Shown one piece after another: positions 18,639 through 28,568 of a stretch of DNA of 64,000 bases; positions within the stretch are counted from its first letter, which is position 1, and each line of letters opens with the position of its first letter. The notes beneath the pieces are model-generated. The model saw only the letters and a list, made by a program, of their open reading frames with translations. It did not search any database and was not told where the DNA came from. The DNA comes from Candidatus Thorarchaeota archaeon (GTDB lineage: Archaea > Asgardarchaeota > Thorarchaeia > Thorarchaeales > Thorarchaeaceae): assembly GCA_048882385.1 (NCBI GenBank), contig JBHLRQ010000003.1, positions 14,504 through 78,503 of the forward strand, written 5' to 3'. The translations under genes were made by a program, and so were the position numbers.

Positions 18639-20021
18639 ATGGTCAACATCAAGAAGGTTACAACTCTTCTCCAAAAGGTTGTAGCCCCAAGTCGAGTCAC
18701 TGACAGAAAATTCGACATGCTTCCTTATAGTCGCGACTTGAGTCCCGCAGACCAAAAGATGCCAACTCATGTTGTGATGCCCGAATCCCGAGAGGAGATT
18801 CAAGCTATTCTAAAGATAGCAAATGATGAGAATGTACCTGTCTATATCCGTGGTGGTGGTACATCTCATTGGGATGCATACCTCCCACAAGAACCTGGAA
18901 TCATGCTTGACTTAGGTCGGATGAATAAGATCGTTGATATCAACGATAGAGACCTCGTGGCAACAGTTCAACCTAACTGTACTTGGGCCAAACTAGACCA
19001 AGAACTACGAAAACAGGGACTTACTTACCTCTGCAGTGAGGCTGGTGGACCAGCTATGACGATTGGAGGTTCTGTTATGAAAGCTGGGGGAGGTCCACAC
19101 TCAACTGCAAAGTTTGGTTTCCATGGCAAAGATGACATTGTAACACTTGAAATGGTTCTGCCAAATGGTGACATTGTTGAAACTGGTTCTGCTGCATGGC
19201 CAAGTGCAGGAAAATTCAAACGCCAGTGCCTTGGACCTGACCTTGCTGGGATGTTCATAGGAGCTGAAGGAATTCTTGGAATCTGTACTGAACTCTCAAT
19301 TCGAATTCGCCCAGTGACTGATGTTTCAGAGAGACTAACTGCTACCATGAAAACACTTGATGATGTCATAGAATTTGGTCATTTTATCAATCAACATGTG
19401 GGAGATGAATATATGCAGGGCATCTATCTGTGGGTAGACCCGTCAGCACCTGATGTATTCTTCTTGATGATGGATATTTTTGGATATGAAAAGGAAATAG
19501 TTGTTCACAGAAAGAAGAGGATAATAGAGAAACTCAAAGAGTTAGGTGGTGAGATCGGAGACCGTGCGCCAGCAGATGATTATTTCGGGAGGATTCTGAC
19601 TGGTCTCACAGACTTATTCAATACAGGCGTCTGGCATTTCTTCGGAGCTGGGTCTCTAAGGATTGATGATATAACGTTCCTTTACAAGGTCTGGAAAGAG
19701 GAACTGATTGAGAAACGAGGATACACAAAGGCTGGTTTTGGTGGCCAAATACTCCCTAGAGACTGGCTTGCATTCATGGTGACTAATTATAGAGAACCTG
19801 AAGAATGGCAAGAACTAGTGAAGATGGCTGATGAGATAGATGAAATTACTCTAAGAGGCCCAGTCGTCCCGTATGGAATCGGTGGTCGTGATGGGCTTCG
19901 AAAATTTGTTGCTGAGAGGGATACAGGTTACTACAGATTGCTAAAGACACTCAAGAAGACACTTGACCCCAATAACATCTTGCAACGAGGAATCTTCATA
20001 CCTGTGGAGGAATTACGTTGA
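18639..20021 (+). CDS. FAD-linked oxidase (GlcD-like), second copy
   Basis: RGGGTS, FIGAEGILGI, DPNNIL. Confidence 0.9.
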   Translation: MVNIKKVTTLLQKVVAPSRVTDRKFDMLPYSRDLSPADQKMPTHVVMPESREEIQAILKIANDENVPVYIRGGGTSHWDAYLPQEPGIMLDLGRMNKIVDINDRDLVATVQPNCTWAKLDQELRKQGLTYLCSEAGGPAMTIGGSVMKAGGGPHSTAKFGFHGKDDIVTLEMVLPNGDIVETGSAAWPSAGKFKRQCLGPDLAGMFIGAEGILGICTELSIRIRPVTDVSERLTATMKTLDDVIEFGHFINQHVGDEYMQGIYLWVDPSAPDVFFLMMDIFGYEKEIVVHRKKRIIEKLKELGGEIGDRAPADDYFGRILTGLTDLFNTGVWHFFGAGSLRIDDITFLYKVWKEELIEKRGYTKAGFGGQILPRDWLAFMVTNYREPEEWQELVKMADEIDEITLRGPVVPYGIGGRDGLRKFVAERDTGYYRLLKTLKKTLDPNNILQRGIFIPVEELR

Positions 20022-21214
20022 AAATCGATGAATACAAGGATATGATCTACGCGTGTGGTAGATGCGAATTCTGCCGAGGAAATGACTACAATGACCGTTG
20101 TCCAGAGATCTTCACCCAATATTGGGAGTCCTCCACTGCACGAGGTCGAATGGCAATTGCTCGTTCAATACTAGAAGGCAAATTGGACTATTCTGAAGAG
20201 CTTGCTGAGAGAATCTTTGGCTGTTTTATGTGCGGAAGATGCAGAGAAGAATGCAAAAAGGCTGCGCAGATCGATGTGATAGCGATTACAAAAGCGATGC
20301 GTCAAGACTTCGTTGACAAAGGCATCAAGATTCCTGAAGCTGGGGCTAACATGGCTGATACAGTAACCTCCTCTGGTAACATCTTCGCAGATCCTCACAA
20401 AGTACACAACAAATGGGCTGAGGGACTTGAGTTCAAAGAGGGCTCAGGAACACTATTCTACCCTGGTTGTCTGGCCAGTCATCGATTTAAGGAAAAAACT
20501 CACATCTTAGTCCAACTTCTTCAGGCTGCTGGATATAATCTTGACTTCCTGGGTGATGAACAAGACTGTTGTGGGACTCCATATTGGATAACAGGGAAAA
20601 TGGAAAACGCAACAGAATATGCCCGGAATTATCTGAAGAAACTACAAGAACGGGGAGTAAAGGAATTAATAACTCCTTGTCCAAGTTGCTTCAGAGCTTT
20701 TGATGAAGAGTATCCACATCTTCTTGGAATAGAGGAGTTTCCAATCAAGATTCGTCACACAAGTGAAGTCCTCCAGGAGATTGTTGATAAGAAGAAGCTG
20801 AAACTCAACGTTTCTATAACCAAAAAAGTAACCTATCATGATCCTTGTGAAATTGGACGATATCGTGACATCTACGAGCCTCCGCGTAGGGTTCTTGAAG
20901 CTATTCCGGGAATAGAATTTGTAGAGATGCGGAAGAACCGTGGACAGGCATTCTGTTGTGGTGGAGGTGGAGGATGTAAAATCATGTTTCCCGAACATTC
21001 ACAGACTGTATCAAACGAGCGTATTCGAAACTTTACAGAAACTAATGCTGAGCTCATGGTAACAATCTGTCCAGCATGTGAAATGAACCTCACACATGGA
21101 ATGTATGAAGCTGATTTAGATGTCCGTGTATTGGATGTCGCAGAAATAATGGCAGTTTCAGCAGGAATAGTTGATGCTGAAATCCTAGAGCCCGATTATT
21201 TTCCTGAGGATTGA
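20018..21214 (+). CDS. Fe-S/CCG-domain oxidoreductase subunit (GlcF-like), second copy
   Basis: CGRCEFC, CFMCGRC, CCG domains, YHDPC; overlaps the glcD-like gene by 4 nt. Confidence 0.9.
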   Translation: MKIDEYKDMIYACGRCEFCRGNDYNDRCPEIFTQYWESSTARGRMAIARSILEGKLDYSEELAERIFGCFMCGRCREECKKAAQIDVIAITKAMRQDFVDKGIKIPEAGANMADTVTSSGNIFADPHKVHNKWAEGLEFKEGSGTLFYPGCLASHRFKEKTHILVQLLQAAGYNLDFLGDEQDCCGTPYWITGKMENATEYARNYLKKLQERGVKELITPCPSCFRAFDEEYPHLLGIEEFPIKIRHTSEVLQEIVDKKKLKLNVSITKKVTYHDPCEIGRYRDIYEPPRRVLEAIPGIEFVEMRKNRGQAFCCGGGGGCKIMFPEHSQTVSNERIRNFTETNAELMVTICPACEMNLTHGMYEADLDVRVLDVAEIMAVSAGIVDAEILEPDYFPED

Positions 21215-21245
21215 TTGTGGGCATTCTACGCCCCATATCCTCTCT

Positions 21246-21536
21246 TTATCCCCCAACAGCTGCAATCATAAAGACAACCAGGTCGCCTTTCGAGAGTTTT
21301 GTTTTATCGCCTTTCTTTGCTACCATATTCATTCCATTAACTACAACAATGGCGTCGCGTCTAAGAACTCTCTTTTCAGTATCTTCAAGATACACTTCAA
21401 ACTGCTCCCCAAATTCTTCGTGAAGATCATCAATTAGGTCTCTGACCGTAGCATCATCTTTAGTTTCGAATGTGAATTTGTTGTGTTCATCGTACTTGAG
21501 ACCCTTATTCATTAACTTCACAAACACTTCTGTCAA
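21246..21536 (-). CDS. MoaD/ThiS (SAMP-like) ubiquitin-fold sulfur carrier
   Basis: VVVNG...L..GD.V.F...VGG C-terminal diglycine. Confidence 0.85.
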   Translation of the reverse strand: MTEVFVKLMNKGLKYDEHNKFTFETKDDATVRDLIDDLHEEFGEQFEVYLEDTEKRVLRRDAIVVVNGMNMVAKKGDKTKLSKGDLVVFMIAAVGG

Positions 21537-21729
21537 CTGTAACCTTCACCACTTGCTCTGTTTAATACATGGTTAAGACTTAAATTAAGTATGTCGCAGT
21601 AGTCCTTAGACGCATCGCCCACCATTAACCATAATGGATGAGGGTCGGGGCAAGAATCTTAAGCGATTTAGATTGCTAAACGTTGTCGCCCAAAGACGTA
21701 GATAAACACTGATACCGGTTGAGATTGAA

Positions 21730-22512
21730 TTGGCAGGAAAAGCAGCAAAACCGACATTAAGAGAATGGCTCGCTCAGCACGGAAGGAATGAACCTATTCA
21801 TTACAAAGAGATTGCAGAAGCTCTTGAGCGGGATCCGGCATCAGTTTCAGCCTCTTTATCAATAGAATGGAAACAAGCTCAGGAAGATAATAGACCTGCG
21901 TACTTCGTTCGGACAGGGCCTGGTTTGTACCAGTATAATGATTTGTGTGAAGGAGCAGTTGATGAAGAGCTGATTTCAGAGGTTAGTGCAAGAGCTGATG
22001 ACTTTAACCGGGCTACAAGACGTGAAATGCGTCTTGAGATATCAAAGCTTGATATTGAAGGATTCAATGATTTAGCGAAAATAGTGCTATTGAATGTTCG
22101 AGCTCGTGTTGAAGAAGCTGAAGAAGTTCAGAGATACAATGGAAATGTTGTCTTAGTGACTTCTTGGCGAGATGATGGCGGCAGATCACCTGTTGTAGTC
22201 TATGCTAAAAAATGCAGGATGGATGAGAAAATCGGTGTTGATCTTATACGTGAGATTCGTGGAACACTTCCTAATTATCAAGCTAACCAGGGTGTTTTGA
22301 TTACAAACGGTATCGTTTCTGATGAAGGCAAACAGGAAGCCCTTGGTTACAGGGAGAAGAATCTGAAGGTATCAGTGCCACCTGTTCACATAATGGATAT
22401 CGAAATTATTCTCAACGTTCTTCTAGAGAGCAGAACTGGTGTACGCGCCAAGAGGGTTGAAGTTTTATTGCTGGATATTGACTTTTTCAAACGATTGCGC
22501 CATTCAACCTAG
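21730..22512 (+). CDS. wHTH (HARE-HTH-like) plus Mrr-like restriction endonuclease-fold protein, probably catalytically degenerate
   Basis: EPIHYKEIAE...ASVSASL...FVRTGPGLY N-domain; Mrr-like IG...IRE.RG...GVLITNG.VS...A; YAK where QxK is expected. Confidence 0.7.
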   Translation: MAGKAAKPTLREWLAQHGRNEPIHYKEIAEALERDPASVSASLSIEWKQAQEDNRPAYFVRTGPGLYQYNDLCEGAVDEELISEVSARADDFNRATRREMRLEISKLDIEGFNDLAKIVLLNVRARVEEAEEVQRYNGNVVLVTSWRDDGGRSPVVVYAKKCRMDEKIGVDLIREIRGTLPNYQANQGVLITNGIVSDEGKQEALGYREKNLKVSVPPVHIMDIEIILNVLLESRTGVRAKRVEVLLLDIDFFKRLRHST

Positions 22513-22588
22513 TTGAATTAACCTCTTTAACTAGTCGTACTAAGTTAAAGTGGAAGTTAAAGAGAAATTCCGTCAAATGAGATTTTTT

Positions 22589-22604
22589 TACGTCAATTGA
22601 CGTA
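22589..22604. promoter_or_regulatory. Perfect 16-bp palindrome, candidate operator upstream of the APC permease
   Basis: TACGTCAATTGACGTA; imperfect copy CGTCAAATGA at 22571-22580. Confidence 0.55.
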
Positions 22605-22759
22605 TTTTTTAGAAAAGCTTCTCTTATCGTGGTTTTCATTCAAATGTTCAACTGATTATAATGACCTGATTCTTTAAATATCAGGAAATGTCTTGTAGTG
22701 AACCATCACGATACGATCGTATTCTGTCGTGAGAGAGAAAATATAGGAGAACACGCAAT

Positions 22760-24295
22760 TTGAGTGAGGAAGAAAAGCTCCTCTTCGTGCGAGAGAGCTC
22801 CGGTCTTGTAAAAGAAGTCGGAACTGGTTTTGCCCTTCTTCTCCCCATTGCCCTAACACTCGGACCATGGTTCCACTATTTTGGACCACAGGTCTCCACT
22901 TGGTATCCAGGTGCGCATCTATTACCAATGTATGCATTGGGTGCAGGAATTGTATTCTTTGAAGCACTTGCACTCATGTGTCTGATGCTTGCCATGCCAA
23001 GATCGGGTGCGTCATACCACTTCACTGGAAGAGGTCTGAGCCCCATATTCGGTGTGATGGAAGGTTGGCGAAGTGTAATTACCAACCCAGTCTTTAGAGG
23101 AACTGGAAGCTTTTTCGCTGTACAAATATTCGCAGGTGGTTTGACAGTTATTGGAACTGCTACAGGCAATACAACGTTGCTAGCCTTTGCAACATCCCTA
23201 GGTGGCGACCTAATAGTATTGTTCACAGCTGCGGTCTTGATGATTCTTGTCGGATTCATCTTTAGCTATCTCAGTGTAAAATGGCTGGGATGGTTTACGA
23301 TTATCCTAGGTATCATCAATATAGCGGCGTTGCTGGTAGCAGATCTTGTTATGATAGCAACTCCAATAACACAATCAGTCTGGGAAGCTTCGATGGGTTC
23401 CGGTAGTTGGGCTCCAATCGCTGCATTTGACAACTCTGCATATGTGAACTTTGACGTCGGGGCGGTAGGTGGCGCACTCCTCCTAACTGTGGGAGGTATG
23501 TGGCCATACCTGATCATGCCCGTGGCTGGTGAAGTTTCACAACCAAGTAGGAATATTCCACTGAGCAACATCGGTGGCTGGGCTGGCATTGCTGGCTTCT
23601 TCCTACTATCAGCATTCGCAGTTGAGAGCAGCATGGGACCAAACCTATACGGCATCAATCTCGCTGGTGGTGTGTTCCCAGGTTTCGGTAACTACGCAGC
23701 AGTCATTCTTGGTGCTAATCCACTCGCATGGTTCGTGATCTTATGTCCGGTCTTTGCGAGCGTGTTAGACTCACCGAGTAATGCTCTGTGGGTGACGCGA
23801 CCAATGCACTCGATGGCTATGGACAGATTCTGTCCTGAGGCATTTGCAAGAGTCCATCCGAAGTATCACGTACCACACATTACATTGTGGTTCTGGCTGA
23901 TTCTTTCAATTGGAACTGTTGCATACGCTACAGCTCTGGAACTATTCTTTGGCACTGCACTTGCATCACTGATAGGTGTAGCATATACCTATGTCTTCAT
24001 ACGGTGGCAAATGGCGTTAGCTGCGGTATCCTTACCGTACTATCGACCGACGCTGTGGGAGCGAAGTGGTGCTTGGAAGATCTTGGGAATACCGTTGATT
24101 TCAATCGGTGGACTCGTATCAGGTGCTATGTTCTTCTGGGCTATCATTGCGTACGTGCCCGGATTGCCTTACGAGGTTGCCTTCACAGTTCTAGTGTACT
24201 TCATAGGTCAACTGGCCTACATGTACTATGGAGCCAAGAACAAGGCGAAAGGCATCGAGATGTCAGCCATCTTTGGACAACTACCGCCAGAATAA
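22760..24295 (+). CDS. APC family amino acid/amine permease
   Basis: LFVRESSGLVKEV, MPRSG, AGEV..P.R, MAMDR..P..F..VHP, C-terminal FGQLPPE; ~12 TM. Confidence 0.9.
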   Translation: MSEEEKLLFVRESSGLVKEVGTGFALLLPIALTLGPWFHYFGPQVSTWYPGAHLLPMYALGAGIVFFEALALMCLMLAMPRSGASYHFTGRGLSPIFGVMEGWRSVITNPVFRGTGSFFAVQIFAGGLTVIGTATGNTTLLAFATSLGGDLIVLFTAAVLMILVGFIFSYLSVKWLGWFTIILGIINIAALLVADLVMIATPITQSVWEASMGSGSWAPIAAFDNSAYVNFDVGAVGGALLLTVGGMWPYLIMPVAGEVSQPSRNIPLSNIGGWAGIAGFFLLSAFAVESSMGPNLYGINLAGGVFPGFGNYAAVILGANPLAWFVILCPVFASVLDSPSNALWVTRPMHSMAMDRFCPEAFARVHPKYHVPHITLWFWLILSIGTVAYATALELFFGTALASLIGVAYTYVFIRWQMALAAVSLPYYRPTLWERSGAWKILGIPLISIGGLVSGAMFFWAIIAYVPGLPYEVAFTVLVYFIGQLAYMYYGAKNKAKGIEMSAIFGQLPPE

Positions 24296-24308
24296 ACCAA
24301 TATAAGTT

Positions 24309-24345
24309 GAAGAGAGCAGCAAGCTCTCTTCTTCCCTTTTCTTTT
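24309..24345 (+). terminator. Hairpin plus T-tract after the permease
   Basis: GAAGAGAGC-AGCAA-GCTCTCTTC followed by a pyrimidine run. Confidence 0.65.
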
Positions 24346-24381
24346 ATCAACCATCACAGAAATCCTTGAAACTTCAAAGAT

Positions 24382-25314
24382 TCAGAATTCCTCTTTGAAA
24401 TCATGGATGGGTGGGAATCTGTTTCTGCTAGCTTTACTTGAGAATGGCTCGAGCTTATCCCATGACCTATGGAATCTTGCTGGAAATGACCATGGTCTTA
24501 TCAACAGATATTCTTCGACATCATCTGCTGCGTTGTAGGCTTCTAATGCTGACTCAGCTGCTTGTGCAAACTGATGTCGCGCATCATTATCTAAGACCTG
24601 TTGACTGAAGACATAGGAGTCCTCGTACCATTGATATCGAACAACGTATTCATGGTCATCTGGGAAGACACGCTTTATTCTTCTCCAGGGCCAAAAGGTA
24701 GACATTTGCTCTAACTGCTCTCCCGCACCGTAGAAATCAATGGCCATTCCTTCTTTGCAGTATACGTATTCCGGTGGTTTCTCATTGAACTTCGGGTTTG
24801 GTTTGTCTGTGCGCCCTTTTCTGGTCCAATCGTTCCATTCAGCTCGAATCCTACTATACACTTCACAATGGTCGAGAATGTACTTGACCGCTGCAGATGT
24901 GCCATGATGAGCCAATCCAGGTAACGAGGGTCGCTCAAGACGTTCCTCTATCCATGATCTTACTATTGGTACATCTTCAACAGGAATCGTGGACCAGATT
25001 GGGAAGACCGCTTTTCCAAAGGGCATCATGAACAGAAATACGATTCCTGCGGCTGCGACTGGCACGAACTTCTCAGGAATCTCTTCATCAATAGGCCAGG
25101 TTTCACCACCTTCTGCAAAATGAACCTCGGAAACTTCGAATGATATGACCTCATCCCATTCGGCGTCATAGAGTGCAGAGTATACTTTCCTCTTTTTCTC
25201 TCGGGGTAGAATGAATCTAGCTATGTCCTTATTGATCTGCAACTCATGCATCTTCTCACTGTGTGGACAAATTCCAGTATACTCGACATCTGTCAACCTA
25301 TCGTCTTTCGTCAT
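24382..25314 (-). CDS. Hypothetical protein (possible PH-like subdomains)
   Basis: 310-aa ORF; WDEV and WRRI motifs weakly resemble bacterial PH domains. Confidence 0.65.
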   Translation of the reverse strand: MTKDDRLTDVEYTGICPHSEKMHELQINKDIARFILPREKKRKVYSALYDAEWDEVISFEVSEVHFAEGGETWPIDEEIPEKFVPVAAAGIVFLFMMPFGKAVFPIWSTIPVEDVPIVRSWIEERLERPSLPGLAHHGTSAAVKYILDHCEVYSRIRAEWNDWTRKGRTDKPNPKFNEKPPEYVYCKEGMAIDFYGAGEQLEQMSTFWPWRRIKRVFPDDHEYVVRYQWYEDSYVFSQQVLDNDARHQFAQAAESALEAYNAADDVEEYLLIRPWSFPARFHRSWDKLEPFSSKASRNRFPPIHDFKEEF

Positions 25315-25455
25315 CTTGGATGTATCACCCTTGATAGAGCAAGGTCGAGCTGTCAGCTTCTTAAAGATTCTTAAAAGAATACTCCAATGCCATTTTAGAA
25401 ATCGATACTATTAATTAGCCGTTCCTACGTGTGAGCAGAGAGAGGACAAACCACG

Positions 25456-26160
25456 ATGAGTCATCGGTCAAAACGTGAAAAACGAAAATTGAGCTTGGAA
25501 GAATTCAATTTCGATCCCTCTGAATTGGATCTGAAGTTTAGTAAGAACCTGCTTACTGTACTAGACGGCTATCGAATAAACCGATGCTATGATCTTGGCT
25601 TCATTGACAAGGCAATCAATGAAGGTAAGGCTCCTCAGAAATTCATCAGGCAGTGGGGGACAATTCGATCTGTGCTACACAAACTCGCTGCCATTGGTCC
25701 CAAGGTCGAGGGTGTTGAGTCAATGCTAAACAGAAAGCAATACTTCTCATTTGCTTCAATGGCACTGATTACAATTATCGTTCCAATACTTCTTCTCACT
25801 TGGGTGTTTCAGTTGGCTTTCCTTCAAGATTTCTTGGTTCCTCTAGCAATAATCGCAGTCGCGATGGTGATGATTAATTTCTTAGCTGGAGGTGTCTACA
25901 ATCGTAGAATTGCTTGGGCCATTCATGACTATATTGAGGCTAACTCTAATCTTGTTGCTAGGGAACGGAAATATCTTCAGAGGTGGGTACAAATTCTCAT
26001 CGATCATACAGCTCGAGTGATGCGAAAGACTGGAGAAGACCCAGAGAAACATCTGATTAAGTTCTTCACTACTGATTATACTGGAATAGATGTCCAACAA
26101 GAACCTGGTGGATTCAGAAAGCACTATACAGTCATATTAAGATACCCTGCAAAGGATTAG
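25456..26160 (+). CDS. Hypothetical membrane protein (2 TM)
   Basis: Central hydrophobic hairpin; SD GAGGA. Confidence 0.75.
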   Translation: MSHRSKREKRKLSLEEFNFDPSELDLKFSKNLLTVLDGYRINRCYDLGFIDKAINEGKAPQKFIRQWGTIRSVLHKLAAIGPKVEGVESMLNRKQYFSFASMALITIIVPILLLTWVFQLAFLQDFLVPLAIIAVAMVMINFLAGGVYNRRIAWAIHDYIEANSNLVARERKYLQRWVQILIDHTARVMRKTGEDPEKHLIKFFTTDYTGIDVQQEPGGFRKHYTVILRYPAKD

Positions 26161-26203
26161 GCGGCATGAAGGTTAACCTAACTTTATTTAATCCCTAAGA
26201 ACC

Positions 26204-27319
26204 TTACACGAGTTTCTCAATGGGCTTGTAGTCTAGATCAAATCCAAAGTGTCGGGGTCCCAAGACCTTGAGTCCTTCTGGATTTCTAAAGATAGATCCT
26301 CCCTGCATTCCAATTACGCTGACCTTATCCCCTTTTTTGATGTCAGTATTTGTTATAGGTTCTCCACTTTTTTCATCTATTATTTCGATTATATCAGGAC
26401 TCGTAATCCAGGGTTTTTCATCCAACCATGTGATATGGTTCTCATTCTTGAACCAGACTTTCATTTTATTTCCAGGTTTTATTCCCGACCCCTTGATCAC
26501 AGTTTCGCCCCACATATAGCCCTCTCTGTTCTCCCACCATTTGTCGACTATCTCTCCCCGAAAGAGGATCCATCCTCCGACTTCATCAATTATCTTCTCA
26601 GCAGGGTCGTCACCTGATTCTCTACTCTCTCGAATCAGTCTGCCTACATTGAAGCTCTTTGTCAAGGTTCCTGGTATAATCGCTTTGTGAAAGTCTTTTC
26701 CTTGGACTGGAAACGCCACATTACCAAGACGCCCCCACGCAACCTCACTAAGCGCCTTTGATAACCTCTCACCCATTTCGTAGTTTATGACATGTTCAAC
26801 TATACTCTTGTTTCCATACCAATCGATAAGTGCCATTGGTGCCATTGAGAATCCAAGCACACAGACAGTGTTCTGACATATCTCTGGAACTGCTCTTCCT
26901 GAGTAGTCTCCGTCCACACAGGGTATTCCATGCTTCACAGCTGCATCTATGGGAGCTGGTGTATTAACACCTCCCAGTTCGAAAGGAGCGACAACTGCAA
27001 ACTTAACGCCCATATGGTCTTCAAGAGTCTTCAGACCGACTGCTAGTTCTTTCTCGAAATAGTTCCAGGGAAAACGAGTTCTCAAAGATTCTATCTCTGG
27101 TGTTGGAGGAGCAATTGTACCCGAGTAGTATGCACATGCGACCCAATCGTTGTCTTTTACAGTACTAACATCAACAATATCAATCGTCCTTCCAGCATCA
27201 ATATGCGGATAGAGCATGTCTAAACCTAACTGCTTGTCACCACCACCACCAGTTCCAAAGAATGTGCAACCAGTCGTGAGATCATCCACATCATCCCTAG
27301 TCTTTAATACAAGAGTCAT
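26204..27319 (-). CDS. DUF917 family protein
   Basis: GTGGGG, ELGGVN, VDGDYSGRAVPE, FKNEN, PDII; start moved to 27319 because the extension overlaps a terminator. Confidence 0.88.
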   Translation of the reverse strand: MTLVLKTRDDVDDLTTGCTFFGTGGGGDKQLGLDMLYPHIDAGRTIDIVDVSTVKDNDWVACAYYSGTIAPPTPEIESLRTRFPWNYFEKELAVGLKTLEDHMGVKFAVVAPFELGGVNTPAPIDAAVKHGIPCVDGDYSGRAVPEICQNTVCVLGFSMAPMALIDWYGNKSIVEHVINYEMGERLSKALSEVAWGRLGNVAFPVQGKDFHKAIIPGTLTKSFNVGRLIRESRESGDDPAEKIIDEVGGWILFRGEIVDKWWENREGYMWGETVIKGSGIKPGNKMKVWFKNENHITWLDEKPWITSPDIIEIIDEKSGEPITNTDIKKGDKVSVIGMQGGSIFRNPEGLKVLGPRHFGFDLDYKPIEKLV

Positions 27320-27387
27320 CTTCGCCAGATTCCAAATTAATTTCTTAAACTGGCTTAAGCTTGCGACTATATATTTCCAATGGAATT

Positions 27388-27430
27388 TAAAGAAAAAGAG
27401 AGTGGAAAGTGCCTTTACACTTTCCATTTC
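27388..27430 (-). terminator. Hairpin plus T-tract after the metallophosphoesterase gene
   Basis: TGGAAAGTG-CCTTTA-CACTTTCCA inverted repeat with a minus-strand T-run. Confidence 0.6.
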
Positions 27431-27442
27431 TAATAGGTACGC

Positions 27443-28384
27443 CTATAGTTCTACTCTGCCAGCTTGGACCTTTCCATCTTCAATTGTAATTAGAAAACCT
27501 TTCAGGATTCCCTCTCTGTATTCTGAACCAGGATTGACACAGAGTGTGCGACCAATCTGACGATATCCTACCGATTCGTGGATATGACCGTGCATTCCTA
27601 AAAGAGGTTCATACTTTTCAATTACAGCTCTTACCGACTTGCTGCCAACTGGACCAAGAAGCTCATGTGCTCCCGCTTTCATCACTTTATGCTCCTCATC
27701 AAGTTGAGGTGCAGTGTCCAATCCTGAATTGTGGGGTGGATCATGGAAATTGCAGAGTACATTGGAATAATCATCGGTTTCGAGTCTAGCAAACTCAGCT
27801 TCGAGTTTATCCATAAGCTCTTCATCAGAACATTCTCTGTGGGTGTTCCATGGTGTGGAATTGACCCATTCCAGACTTATCATCGGATAGCCTCTTACAT
27901 CAACAACTTTCTGAAGAGGATAGATGACTCTGGGGTCGTTCTTGATAATCTCATCAATTGAATAGTCATCATCGTTTCCTGGATTGACAACAACCATTAC
28001 TTCTTCAGGAATTTTCTCATTGGCCATATTCATCCAATTCTGAATTCTCTCGACCATCAACTCTTGAAACAACTTGGTAATTGAACCAGGGGTTTCTCTG
28101 AGTTTAGCTAGCTCATTAGGTGTCAGTATCTTTGGATAATATCCTTCATCTCTTGTAAACTTGAGGAATCTATCAAGATCCTTCTGTTTCTTGAAATCTT
28201 TCCTCTTTCCATGGGGCTGTGCATACCATCTGTCTTCTTTCTCTTGGATGATTGGCATTATTGCTTTACCAGTGAGGTCTCCACACATCATGGCGACATC
28301 AGCTTTGAAAACCTTGGGCGCTCTGCACATCTTCTCCCAAGTCTGCTCACTTCCGTGTGGATCGGCTGCTAGAAAAATTCTCAT
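27443..28384 (-). CDS. Calcineurin-like metallophosphoesterase (Icc-related)
   Basis: ADPHG, GDLTGK, GNDD, FHDPP, HGHIHES, NPGS. Confidence 0.9.
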   Translation of the reverse strand: MRIFLAADPHGSEQTWEKMCRAPKVFKADVAMMCGDLTGKAIMPIIQEKEDRWYAQPHGKRKDFKKQKDLDRFLKFTRDEGYYPKILTPNELAKLRETPGSITKLFQELMVERIQNWMNMANEKIPEEVMVVVNPGNDDDYSIDEIIKNDPRVIYPLQKVVDVRGYPMISLEWVNSTPWNTHRECSDEELMDKLEAEFARLETDDYSNVLCNFHDPPHNSGLDTAPQLDEEHKVMKAGAHELLGPVGSKSVRAVIEKYEPLLGMHGHIHESVGYRQIGRTLCVNPGSEYREGILKGFLITIEDGKVQAGRVEL

Positions 28385-28499
28385 TTCATTACCTCGGGTT
28401 ATTGTACGTGGGACATCCTTTTGCTAGTTTAAATCATTAATGGTATAGAGCTATCTCAGCACTTTAATAAGACTTTGAAAAATTGAATATTAACATAGA

Positions 28500-28524
28500 C
28501 ATGACACAAGATATTAATGTCATG
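28500..28524. promoter_or_regulatory. Dyad CATGACA-N11-TGTCATG in a divergent promoter region
   Basis: Perfect 7-bp arms flanking the TATA-like ATATTAA. Confidence 0.45.
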
Positions 28525-28568
28525 CATCACAATCATTGTAGTTATACCGACGACGAGGCACAAAAGAA

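Noticed and set aside
27320-27427. N-terminal extension of the DUF917 ORF (and likewise the AlkA ORF from 40275)
   Set aside because: The extensions run through terminator or promoter sequence or overlap neighbouring genes; later starts fit the families better.
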